Part shown: positions 1 through 11,121 of the stretch, piece after piece | Layout of the letters: the number at the start of each line of letters is the position of its first letter | Numbering within the stretch: position 1 is the stretch's first letter | From: Octopus vulgaris | Lineage: Eukaryota | Assembly: GCA_951406725.2 (NCBI GenBank) | Contig: OX597818.1 | Span: forward strand, 96,348,001-96,412,000 | DNA: 64,000 bases | Direction of reading: 5' to 3' | Position numbers and translations under genes: made by a program | The notes under the pieces: generated by a model | What the model saw: only the letters and a program-made list of their open reading frames with translations | Told to the model about the DNA's origin: nothing | The model's database searches: none

Positions 1-41
1 TTTACATTCGACGGATATTTGTCTTCATCTTGTTTGTTGTT

Positions 42-87
42 AACACAACGTTTCGGCTGATATCCCCTCCAGCTTTTTTCAGATGTC
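42..87 (-). ncRNA. Type-I hammerhead ribozyme-like motif (G8 mutated)
   Basis: Minus strand gacat-CTGAAAA-aagctg..cagcc-GAAA-CGTT-gtgtt. Helix I gacat/gtgtt, stem II GCTG/CAGC, palindromic ACGT stem III. Confidence 0.6.
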
Positions 88-134
88 TTGGGGAAATTTC
101 GAACCTGGGTTCTCATTCCTAAGGTATTTTTCGA

Positions 135-189
<55 letters not shown>

Positions 190-330
190 GTTATTGTTAT
201 TGTTATTGTTCAGGTCACTGCTTGGAATCGAACTCGGAATCTTGGAGTTAGTAGCCCGCGCTCTAAACCACTACGCCATATGCCCGAAAAATACCTTAGG
301 AATGAGAACCCAGGTTCGAAATTTCCCCAA

Positions 331-376
331 GACACCTGAAGAAGGCTGGAGGGTATATCATCTGAAACGTTGTGTT
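331..376 (+). ncRNA. Type-I hammerhead ribozyme-like motif (stem II damaged)
   Basis: gacac-CTGAAGA-aggctggagggtatatcatct-GAAA-CGTT-gtgtt. Core boxes intact and helix I gacac/gtgtt present. The other arm has cagcc, which would restore stem II. Confidence 0.65.
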
Positions 377-781
377 AACAACAAACAAGATGAGGACAAA
401 TATCTGTCGAATGTAAATAATGTCTATGTTTATATGCTTGATTAGTTAGTAAATCTCTGTTTCTAGAGATGAAGGTAGATTTACACTTAGTATGAAGTAA
501 AATACATTGCAGTTGCTATTAACCGTAATATCGGTAACCTACAGATAAACGAAGTCAACAAAAGAAACACAAAAAAAAAAAAGAAATCAACTGAATGCAT
601 GACAGTTAATACAATAAATAAACACACGTTATAGTCACTATGCATTACAAGACACGAACCAATTCCTCATTGCACATATATCACCCCACATAGAAGCTAC
701 TTCTGCACGGAACTCAATCAAGAGCAACAAACTCTATACATTTACACTCGTACTATGAATGTAAATTAAAGGATTTCGTCG

Positions 782-1040
782 TATGTATGTATGTATGTAT
801 GTATGTATGTATGTATGTATGTATGTATGTGTGCATGCATGCATGTATGTGTTTGTATGTGTATGTATGTATGTGTATATATGTATATACACATATATGT
901 ATGCGTGTATGAATGTATGTATGTATATACATATATATATATATGTATGTAAGTATGTATGTATGTATGTATGTATGTATGTATGTATGTATGTATGTAT
1001 GTATGTATGTATGTATGTATGTATGCGTGTATGTATATAC
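782..1040. repeat. (TATG)n microsatellite, representative of dozens of simple repeats in the window
   Basis: Direct tandem repeat; it generates the HTYI/MYVC pseudo-ORFs. Confidence 0.95.
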
Positions 1041-1343
1041 GGTGCGAGTAAGAAGTGAACAATATGCAACCAATATTTAGAACTCCATTAATATCTATAT
1101 ACATCGAAAGTGAAACCTGTCAATAAAATCTGTATATTTTTATGAAGCACTTCATATTCTGGTCTCCATAATTACAAAGATCATAGAATGTACGTAGAAA
1201 AAGGTCGGAATGTAGGCTTTAAAAGTATTTCCTTATGTCATTCTTACACAAATTTCAGCGAACATTTTAATCTTCGTTGATATAGTGTAAGAGTGATATA
1301 CGGAAATTGTTAGTGAATGGCCTATAAAGATATATGATATATG

Positions 1344-1379
<36 letters not shown>

Positions 1380-1453
1380 TAAATAAAATGAGACAACAAA
1401 ACCAACTCTAATATTGAACTCTAATATTTCCCTCTATTTAACTATCTCACATC

Positions 1454-1501
1454 GTCTCTGATTAAGGTATATACCTAACATCCCAGAAACAGCTGTATGA
1501 C
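1454..1501 (+). ncRNA. Degenerate hammerhead-like motif in a probable PLE terminal-repeat remnant
   Basis: gtct-CTGATTA-agg..ccca-GAAA-CAGCTG-TA-tgac. Palindromic stem III ACAGCTGT; G8 is replaced by T. Confidence 0.5.
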
Positions 1502-1788
1502 TAACTTTCTCTTTGACTAATTTTTTCTTTTATTCAGTCTAGTGCCATTAACAGCGTGCCTTAAGATACTTTATCGTGGTTTGTGGCTAACTACCCTTTC
1601 TAGCATCTAAGAAGTCCTGTCAATGATCTTTTCTCAGTGTACATATGTATATATGTATGTATGTATGTATGGGGTCTCGGAGAGCTTATGAGCAGCATGA
1701 ACATTTGATCACTATAAACAAATCATTTGTGTAGGTCCTTCAGTAAAATGTTGAACTCCCATACGTTGTCTTCGACAGGAGAGTCTGC

Positions 1789-1840
<52 letters not shown>

Positions 1841-2189
1841 CGTAAGTATATATATTCTTTCTTAAGCTTTTATGAAGGGGTTCTTAACCCGAAATGTCAG
1901 GACTAATAAAATAGATTTTAAATTTGTTTTCACTGTCTTTGTTACTATTATTTATTACATCTAGTATATAATAACCGTTGCTATTACCTTCTTTACCTTT
2001 TGTGCAGGGTAGCACAAATTTCAAGGGTACAGGGGACCCTTGGAGTTTTCTAAAGCAAACTGCTCTAGAGGTGGCGTTTCGATAAAATTACTGCCTATAT
2101 ACACAGATAAGAAGCTGCGATATAACCGATCAAAAATATCACTCTCCGTGAGACAGCTGATCTGCAGTTATATCACTCTCTCAAGGAGA

Positions 2190-2370
2190 GTGATATAGCT
2201 GCAGACCAGAATATAGTGAAGTCGGAGGAAGAGAAAGTCCGGAAGAACCAAGACCTAGCATTGGAAGTGAAACGTATTCATAGAGCTTCAAAAGTGAGTG
2301 TGGTACCTATCGTGACCAATTCTCTTGGGACCATCTCAAATGGAACACGATTCTGGTATCAAAGGCTACA
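2190..2370 (+). mobile_element. R4/Dong-like non-LTR retrotransposon fragment (restriction-like endonuclease region)
   Basis: Translates DIAADQNIVKSEEEKVRKNQDLALEVKRIHRASKVSVVPIVTNSLGTIS, matching the DIA..D / EK..KY.DL / V.P.V.G.LG pattern of REL endonucleases; adjacent to (TGA)n(TAA)n. Confidence 0.6.
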
Positions 2371-2417
2371 AGAAGTAGCTGAGACATGATAAAGATAAAT
2401 TAGAAGTTAAGTGAATA

Positions 2418-2461
<44 letters not shown>

Positions 2462-2468
2462 AATAATG

Positions 2469-2528
<60 letters not shown>

Positions 2529-2640
2529 GGCAAGAAGGAAGGCGAAAAGATAGATAGATACAACCCTCTTAAGTACGAAATAGCCCAGTAATGGAAAATG
2601 AAGAAGGTGAAGATAGTGCTAATTATTGTTGGGAACAACA
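2529..2640 (+). mobile_element. Second R4/Dong-like REL fragment
   Basis: KKEGEKIDRYNPLKYEIAQ*WKMKKVKIVLIIVG between two (TAA)n tracts. Confidence 0.55.
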
Positions 2641-2682
2641 TCAGATGATGAAATGCAAAGACGACCTCGGCGAAATTTGAAA

Positions 2683-2753
<71 letters not shown>

Positions 2754-3792
2754 CCTTTCTACTATTGGTACATCGACCTCAGTACTCAATTGGTACTTAA
2801 TTTATCGACCCCGAAAAGATAAAAAGCAAAGTCGACCTCGCTGGAATTTGAACTTAGAACATAAAGACCCGTTTCAGGGTCGGCAAGATAAGTACTAGCA
2901 ACATTTTGCACAAGTGAGATTTTCTATAGCCGCGGTCGACTCATAATTTGAGAATAAAATTGAACTGACGGAAACTGCCTAGAAGCTCGCCCTGTGGATT
3001 ATACCCGTAACTCACAAAACATCCTTGTCACATACTCTATCACGTGTGATTCTACTTGAGAATTATGGTTAGTCTACTCTTACCTGTAGAATTCGCAGCC
3101 ACAATTCTATGAGCGGGCAATTATATGATCGAACAACTGAATCATCGTTGTAGAACGACGGAAATTCACCACTGCAGCCACCACCATAACAACAACAACA
3201 GGAACACTGTCGCCACCATAGTTCAGCTTGAGCTTTTTGAAGTTTTAATGAACAACCCGATTGCTAGGTCGAGAACGTTAGGTGGATGATGAACAGAGGA
3301 AAAAGAAATTCGCAGTAAATCAAGATGAAATTACTCTCAGAGAGAAAAAAACTGGCAGAAATATAAAGTGCCTATTGAAAAACATTTTATTTAATACATT
3401 ATCGCACGGAAATAATTACGTAATCCTATATACGTTCATTTCGTAAAAAAGAAAAACATATTTTAGCCTTTCTATGAAATCGATCTGAGGTTAAAACATT
3501 ATCCAGAGACAGCATGCAAGTCAAACAACTCAAGTAACGTGAATTCGACCGCATTTAAATCATTAGCTTCGGTATAAACAATTATGTTTTAGAATTATTT
3601 TAAGCGAAGACTAAAATTACATTCTCACGTATGCGTTTAATATACTCAAAACATAATGGAGTCGTTTTATGAGGTCTCTACTCCTTAATATACCCACAGC
3701 GTATTTTTTTCGGTCTTCGTTTCCGTCGCCGCTATTACCATGTGACCGCCATGATGATTGTCGTTGTTGGCAGTTATAGACCGCTTGCGTAC

Positions 3793-4636
3793 CGAGGTGG
3801 TATCAAAAAGTTCCCGGATTAGTTTTGTAGCGCGTCAACAGATGGCAGCATACAGTTGCGTACGCAGTGAGAGGTAGCAGTAATCTTCATGAAGTAGTGT
3901 GTCGAGTGACATCGCTGTGTTAACTTCGTAAGTTGTGAAAGTTATGTTTTTGTGATCACGTGTATGTTGTAGTCTGCGATTTTTTTCATGGACAGGAAGT
4001 TGGAAGAAAGAGCCAACGTGAAATTTTGCGTTTAACTTCGGAAACCTGCTTCAGAGGCATTGAACATGTTTTGGCAAGCTTACGGCGATGAGGTAATGTG
4101 TCGTACACGATGTTTCGAGTAGTACGTCCGCTTCAAAAGCGGAGGACCGTCCATGGAAGACGATGAGTAACCTGGAAGACCTGCCACGAGCGTCATCCCC
4201 GGAAATGTTGAGAAAATTTATCATCTGTCGTATGAGTCAGTGCAGCTAATTTTAACATCTGAATTGAACACGACGACAATGCACTCTGTCACCGAACTAA
4301 TCCTCAGTTGTGAATTTCTCACCAAAAACACCATGGTATCGCTTCTGCTCTTGTCCTATTCGCCAGATTTAGCATCTGAAATTTCTATCTCTTCACCAAG
4401 ATAAAATGCAGCTCAAAAGTCACTGTTTTAACACCGTTGTCGAGACCTAGAGCGAATCGCAGAAGGTCCTCGACTCGCTTACAGAAAACGGCCTCCAGGC
4501 CGAAATCCAAAGGTGGGAGGATCGCTGGGACCGGTGCATTCCTGCACAAGGTGACTATTTTGAAAGAGATGATATTAAAACTTAGTTATTTTTTTATTAA
4601 ACATAACTAGTCCGAGGATCTTTTGATATCGCCTCG
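3793..4636 (+). mobile_element. Mariner transposon, internally deleted and dead
   Basis: Imperfect TIRs cgaggtggtatcaaaaagttcccggattag / ctagtccgaggatcttttgatatcgcctcg with TA flanks. Transposase remnant from 3988: MDRKLEERANVKFCV*..AYGDEVM..RFKSG..EDDE*PGRP, later HDDNA and PYSPDLA. Confidence 0.85.
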
Positions 4637-4940
4637 TACATATTGTGGCAATCTGTTTTAACAGGTGCAAGTTTCGCGATGTTCAATGATAAAGAAAGTC
4701 CATTTTGAAATAGTAGATTAATTTACGAGGTTTTACATAAGGTAGGGGATATTGAAAAGGATTTTATTCGAGCACAAGAGAAATATCTTTTAACTCATAT
4801 CTTGTGTAGTGCAGATCTTTTCCGGAGGTTTAAATTCCGCTATATTTCTAAAGTAGACAAACACCCTTAATCTAAGCATTATTTTATGTCTCACGGAGCC
4901 CTGTTGTGAGATTATTCCTTAGATCCCATATGCTCAACAG

Positions 4941-4996
<56 letters not shown>

Positions 4997-4997
4997 C

Positions 4998-5029
<32 letters not shown>

Positions 5030-5130
5030 ATATGCATATATGTGTGTGTGTATATAAGTATATGTATATATATGTATATATATATGTATGTATATATGTG
5101 TGTGTGTGTCTGTATGTATACACACACACT

Positions 5131-5164
<34 letters not shown>

Positions 5165-5200
5165 GACTGAGTGAGTGAGAGAGAGAGAGAGAGAGAGAAG

Positions 5201-5254
<54 letters not shown>

Positions 5255-5875
5255 GAGAGAGAGAAGGCGAGAGAGAGAGAAAAGTACACATGACTGGCGT
5301 TTAAATTTACGACACCTGTTTCTGAAAAATGTTATTAATGTATCAGGTAAAATTTAAACAGGTCAGATTTTAAAACAGGTGATACTTCTTACATCGATCT
5401 GAACAGATCCAACGCCAGCTGGATTTATATCGATAGACAGACAAGCAGTCAGACAAATAGCTAGTTAGCTAGCAAGATATTTTTTACAAAGAAAAGGTCT
5501 AAACTTACTTCGAAGTTTCGGATTCCTAGTCATCATCATGCTGTAGTCTAATTTAGTCTCTCAGGTTTTATATAAATTGTTTTTGGCAGTGTATTCTTTT
5601 TGGTAGGTGAAATAATGTAAATGAAAATTAGGTTTGGTGTAGGCATGCAGAAGTAGTTGTGTAGGAAGGGAGATGGAAAACAGGAGAAATGTATATGTTT
5701 GTAGGATGTATGTAGAAAGAAACGAATGGTAGAGACAGTTTTTCTGGTTTGAGAATGGAAATATCTTATCGCTTCATTTCAATCAAGTATGTATGCAAAG
5801 GAGTAAACTTTTATAGGGGGTCTCTGCATATAAGATAGTGCTGTGCTATTTTAGGGTCCTTAATAATGTGTGTAT

Positions 5876-5952
<77 letters not shown>

Positions 5953-6050
5953 ACGGGAAGCTTTATGAAAATAAACAAAAGACGAAGGCAGGTGGAAAAC
6001 AAACGAACAATTGTATTAGTATGGCGCTCAGGAAATATAAATAAAACAAG

Positions 6051-6088
6051 TCTTTAACGTTTCGAGCCTACGCTCTTCAACAGAAAGA
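6051..6088 (-). ncRNA. Minimal hammerhead-like motif (C3U variant) in PLE 3' terminal repeat
   Basis: Minus strand tctttctg-TTGAAGA-gcgtaggctc-GAAA-CGTTA-aaga with palindromic AACGTT, at the position expected for a PLE pLTR HHR. Confidence 0.55.
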
Positions 6089-6320
6089 TACACAGAGAGA
6101 GAAAAACACAGAAAGAAGGAGAGAAAAAAATGCGTGCAGTAGCTAACGAATCAACATGGCGATCTGATTTCGGCCAGAGGTCAAAGATCAAACATGAGAC
6201 GCGAGAGCGAAATAAGGGGAGATAATAGGGTTGATAAAAGGGTTGAGAAACCAGCTAATAGTGCGTAGGAGGGGTTTGGATGTGTGTATGTATAGGGTTG
6301 GTGTATGTATTAGTATGTAT

Positions 6321-6363
<43 letters not shown>

Positions 6364-6591
6364 AGAGAGTATTAGTGCGTAGGATTGGTCTGGACGTGAG
6401 TATGTATGGGGTTGGTGTATGTATTAGTATGTATTAGTACGTATTGGTATGTATAAGTGTGTGTGTGTGTGTATGAGAGAGTATAAGTGCGTATGCGGGG
6501 TCTGGACGTGTGTATGTATAGGGTTGGTGTATGTATTAGTATGTACTAGTAAGTATTAGTACGTATTAGTATGTATTAGTTGGTGTGTGTA

Positions 6592-9500
6592 TTAGTATGG
6601 CACATCATATGTGATGTGATGTGTAAAGTCATGTGGTGTAGTGAGGAGAAGAGGGGGAGGGGAGAAGAGGGGTGAGAGAAGGGGAGGGGAAGAAGAGGGG
6701 GGGAAGAGGGGGGAAGAGGGGGGAAGAGGAGAGGAGGGGGGAGGGGGATGAAGGAGGAAAGAGTGAGAGGGGGAGAGAGAAGGGGAGAGAGGGAGTGAGG
6801 GAGCAGAGGGAAGGGGAAGAGGGAGGGAGAAAGAGGGAAGAAGGGAAGGGGAGTAGGGGTGAAAGGATGAAGGACTGAAGAAGTAGGGGTCGGGGGAAAG
6901 GATAGGTGAGGAGGGGGAGAGGGGGTTAGATGAGGAGGGGGGAGAGTTGAGACCAAATGGCGTATAAGAGCGAAGAGAGAAGATTAATTCCTGTTCACGG
7001 CGCAAACGGGAATCCGGATGGCCTCTGTGTAAGGACAAACCGAACACAGATAGGAGTGACCGGTGGAGCGGAAATGGCGTGAGACCGGTGTGTCGTTCGC
7101 AAGGTGGATGTCACGAAGGTGTTCCGCGAACCGGTCAGCCAAGCGGCGTCCCGTTTGTCCGATGTACAAAGAATTGCAGAGAGAGCAAGAGATGCAATAG
7201 ATAATATTGCTGGAGGTGCAGGTGAAGGAGTGGATGATGGGATAGGGTCGATGGTGGGTGCTAGTGAGGCGGGTGGTGTTGGAGAGGTAAGGGCAAATGC
7301 GGCAACGTGGGCGGGAGCAGGGGAACGAGCCGGGTTGGGAGGTAGGGTCAGGGAAGGAGCTATGGACCAAAAGGTCTCGAAGGTTGTGGGCTCGTTTGAA
7401 AGAGGGGAGGGGTCGGTTAGGGAAGAGGTGTGAAGTGGACGGGTCGGACTGGAGATGACGGAAAGCTCGAAGAATGGTGCGTTGGAGACGTAGGGTCTTG
7501 GGGTGGTAAGTGAGGGGAAAAGGGAGGCGGGAGACTACAGGGCGGGTTCGGGGAGAGAGAGCAGATACACGGTCCACGGACCGTGCTCTGGCAAGGGCGG
7601 TGTGGATAGTGGTGAGGGGGTATCCACGTAGGGTGAAGTGGTGAGCCATACGTTGAGACTGAGTCTCAAAGTCATGGTCGTCACTACAGAGCCTACGTAG
7701 ACGGAGGAATTGGGAATAGGGGATGGAAAGCTTGGTGTGTTCTGGGTGGGAGGAAGAGAAGTTGAGGTATGAGTGTGAGTCTGTGTGTTTGTAGTGAATG
7801 GAGGTGGTAAGAGTGGAGTGAAGAATGCTAACCGAAATGTCGAGGAAGGAGACAGAGGTGTTGGAGATAGTGGAAGTGAAGTGGAGGGCTAGATGGAAAG
7901 ATTGGACGAAAGAGAGGAAGGAATCTAGATGTTCGCGGGAGAGTGAGGTGGCACCGATAATGTCGTCAATGTAACGACCATATAGTTCAGGAGTGGGACC
8001 AGTGAAATTAGAGAATATTTGGGCCTCAACATAGCCAACGAACAGGTTCGCACAGTTGGGGCCCATTCGCGTTCCCATGGCCACTCCCGAGACCTGATGG
8101 TAGAACTCGCCCGCGAACGAGAAGCAGTTCAGAGTAAGGACAAGTTCGGCCAGACGAATGAGTGTGGAGGTGTCAGGTACAGGGTTAGAGCAGAGGTCAA
8201 GAAAGTGTCGAAGGGCCTGCAGTCCTTCGTGGTGAGGGATAACAGTATAGAGGCTTTGGATGTCCATAGTAAAAAGGATTTTGGAGGAGCCGGGAGGAAA
8301 GGAGAAAGAGTTGAAAAGCCGGAGAGCATGGTTGGTATCGTGGATGTGGGAGGGAAGAGATGCCACTAGGGGGGCAAGGACACGGTCGAGGTATTTAGAG
8401 ATGAGCTCCGTGGGGCAGTTACAGGCGGAGACGATGGGGCGGCCAGGGTTGTTGGGTTTGTGGATTTTGGGGAGGAAGTAAATGGTGGGGGTACGTGGGG
8501 TTCGCACAATTAGGTTGGACGCGGTGCGGGGGAGACGGGAGGACGAGATGAGGTCTTGGACAGTAGAGGATACCGTCCGTTGGTAGCTACGTGTGGGGTT
8601 AGAGGGCAGAGGGGAATAGATGGAGGTGTCATTGAGTTGGCGGAAAGCCTCGGCCCTATAGAGGTCCGCGCGCCACACCACTACAGCTCCACCCTTGTCA
8701 GCCGGTTTGATGATAATGTCAGCGCGCCGTTGGAGCGAACGAAGAGCCAAGAGCTCAGCCGGGGAGATGTTGAGGCGGCGTTGGCGCCTGGAGAAGTTGA
8801 ACCGCTCCAATGCACGCTGACAAGCGCCCGCGAAAAGATCCACTGCTAGGATCTGGCCAGGGGCAGGCGTCCACGGGGATGGTCGGCGGCCCAGGCCAGT
8901 GAAGCAGTCCTCTTCGTTGGGTGTGGGTGGCGAGTCGTGGTAATGCGCACCCAACCGGACACGGCGCACAAAGCTGTGGACATCAACTCGCGTCTGGAAT
9001 TCCTTACAGGATGGAGTGAGGGGGATGAAACGCAGACCCCTACCAAGGACGGAGCGTTCAGCCGCAGAGAGGGGAAGATCGGGGGGAATGGTAGCAACAG
9101 ACGGAAGTGGAGAAGGGGTGGGTGGAATAGAAGTAGGAGGGGTGGTAGGTCTCGTGGAGGTCTGAGGGGGAGGGATTGGGGAGGTGTGTGGGGGTGGTTG
9201 GGCGGGGCAGTAGGGTTAGGTGTAGGTGGATGGAGCCTAACGGGAGGGGAGAAGGGGTTGTAGGGAGGGGCAGTGGGGTTAGGTGTGGGTGGATGGAGCC
9301 TATCGGGAGGGGAGAAGGGTGGTGGAGGAGTTGGGGTAGTGGCGTCGGGTAGGGTGGAATGGAAGAGTGATTGGAGTTTACGAAGTTTGGTATCAGAAAG
9401 AAATTGATGGAAGAGTTGATTCAAATGGATAATGAAGCGTAGCGTGTTTGGAGCATAGAGAGGTGGCAGAGAGGAGAAGAAGGTGGAGAAAGCAGGAGGA

Positions 9501-9820
9501 AGAAGGCGGTTGATGGCATGTAGTTTGGAGAGATTGGAGCGAATGGTGGCCCGCATAAGGCGGTAAGATGTGGTGCGGAGTATGGGTAAGATGGAAGAAT
9601 CCGAGTGGAGAGCAGGGTGGAAGTGGAGGCGGAAACCTTTAGGGATGAGTCGGTGATGTAGGCAGCGGCTTAGGAAAGAGACATGGCTAGAGAAGCGGGT
9701 TTTTTTAAAAAGAAGTAGAGAGAGATTAACGGACGGCTGAAGGCAATATACAGGAAGAGAACGGAGATGATCCTTCAAACGGTGATGGAGGGTGAGGAGG
9801 TAGGACCTAGGATCCGGCAT
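6592..9820 (-). CDS. PLE polyprotein: N-terminal domain, Pro-rich linker, reverse transcriptase, Cys-rich linker, GIY-YIG endonuclease; two frameshifts in this copy
   Basis: ATG at 9820 (MPDPRSY). RT motifs IIIKPADKGGAVVV, LPKIHKP..PGRPIVS, DIQSLYT, GVAMGT, RYIDD, FLDI; CSRPRCRIC linker; IIYCISC..YIGQTGR..RFAEH. The frame changes in ~9100-9215 and again at a 10-bp deletion at ~7054. Confidence 0.9.
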
Positions 9821-10549
9821 GATGGGATAGCGGAAAAAAAACGTTCGAAAAAACAACAAAAAAAAACAACAAAAAACAAAAATTATCGTATGAAAAAAAT
9901 AGAAAAAAAGGATAGCGAAAAAAGGGGAAAAAACAAACGTTCAAAAAAACAAAAAAATAATAATCGTATGAAAAAACTAGATAAGTATGCGATAGGGGCA
10001 GAAAAGACGGGGCAAACGGAAAAGGGAAAGAAAGAAGGGAAGCGGAGAGAGGGGGAGGCAAAAAAAAGGTGGGTGCAGGCAGAGGAAACGGAGTATGGAC
10101 ATCCAGAGAGGGAAGAAAGACGGAAAGGAGAACAAAAATTCAGGAAAATGTGGAAAGCATGAAATGAATGTAAAAAAAATGGTAATATAAGAGAAAATAA
10201 AAATACAACAAACGGGACAGTTTATGCGAACAAGTTCAAGGTTGAAAGTTCAAGGTGAGAAATGTGTAGACGTCGTGGTATATTTTTTAAGGATTTCACA
10301 TCAATGCAAAGTCACTTTGATCCGCGAAAGAGAGGTGCAGCCAATGGTAAGTATCCAAGAGGTAAAGAAAATCCAAGGTAGAGGTAAGTGTTGATAGTGG
10401 TATTGGTAGAATATAGGATGAAAGTGAGACCACGTGAGCGCATAATATATAACGGGAAGCTTTATGAAAATAAACAAAAGACGAAGGCAGGTGGAAAACA
10501 AACGAACAATTGTATTAGTATGGCGCTCAGGAAATATAAATAAAACAAG

Positions 10550-10587
10550 TCTTTAACGTTTCGAGCCTACGCTCTTCAACAGAAAGA
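10550..10587 (-). ncRNA. Second copy of the PLE hammerhead-like motif
   Basis: Identical to 6051-6088, in the upstream partial copy. Confidence 0.55.
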
Positions 10588-10819
10588 TACACAGAGAGAG
10601 AAAAACACAGAAAGAAGGAGAGAAAAAAATGCGTGCAGTAGCTAACGAATCAACATGGCGATCTGATTTCGGCCAGAGGTCAAAGATCAAACATGAGACG
10701 CGAGAGCGAAATAAGGGGAGATAATAGGGTTGATAAAAGGGTTGAGGGACCAGCTAATAGTGCGTAGGAGGGGTCTGGATGTGTGTATGTATAGGGTTGG
10801 TGTATGTATTAGTATGTAT

Positions 10820-10856
<37 letters not shown>

Positions 10857-11121
10857 AGAGAGTATTAGTGCGTAGGATTGGTCTGGACGTGCGTATGTAT
10901 GGGGTTGGTGTATGTATTAGTATGTATTAGTACGTATTGGTATGTATAAGTGTGTGTGTGTGTGTATGAGAGAGTATAAGTGCGTATGCGGGGTCTGGAC
11001 GTGTGTATGTATAGGGTTGGTGTATGTATTAGTATGTACTAGTATGTATTAGTACGTATTAGTATGTATTAGTTGGTGTGTGTATTAGTATGGCACATCA
11101 TATGTGATGTGATGTGTAAAG

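Larger units (their letters stand above)
1..417 (-). mobile_element. Composite non-autonomous element: inverted 133-bp HHR-bearing arms flanking a tRNA-like head and (AAT)n
   Basis: 1-133 is the near-exact reverse complement of 285-417 (the left arm may extend past the window start). Between them lie (TAT)n/(TATTGT)n at 134-210 and a tRNA-like segment at 211-285 (minus) with A box TGGCGTAGTGG and B box GAGTTCGATTCC. Confidence 0.8.

Noticed and set aside
211-285. Functional tRNA gene (also at 34370-34440)
   Set aside because: The acceptor and anticodon stems pair poorly and each runs into repeat body sequence, so they are SINE heads.
734-1104. Many 60-230 aa ORFs rich in [20 protein letters not shown] or poly-I/L (here and across the window)
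   Set aside because: They are translations of microsatellites with no coding signal.
7104-9263. Plus-strand ORFs antisense to the PLE
   Set aside because: Expected by-products of a GC-rich coding sequence on the opposite strand; no recognisable domain.
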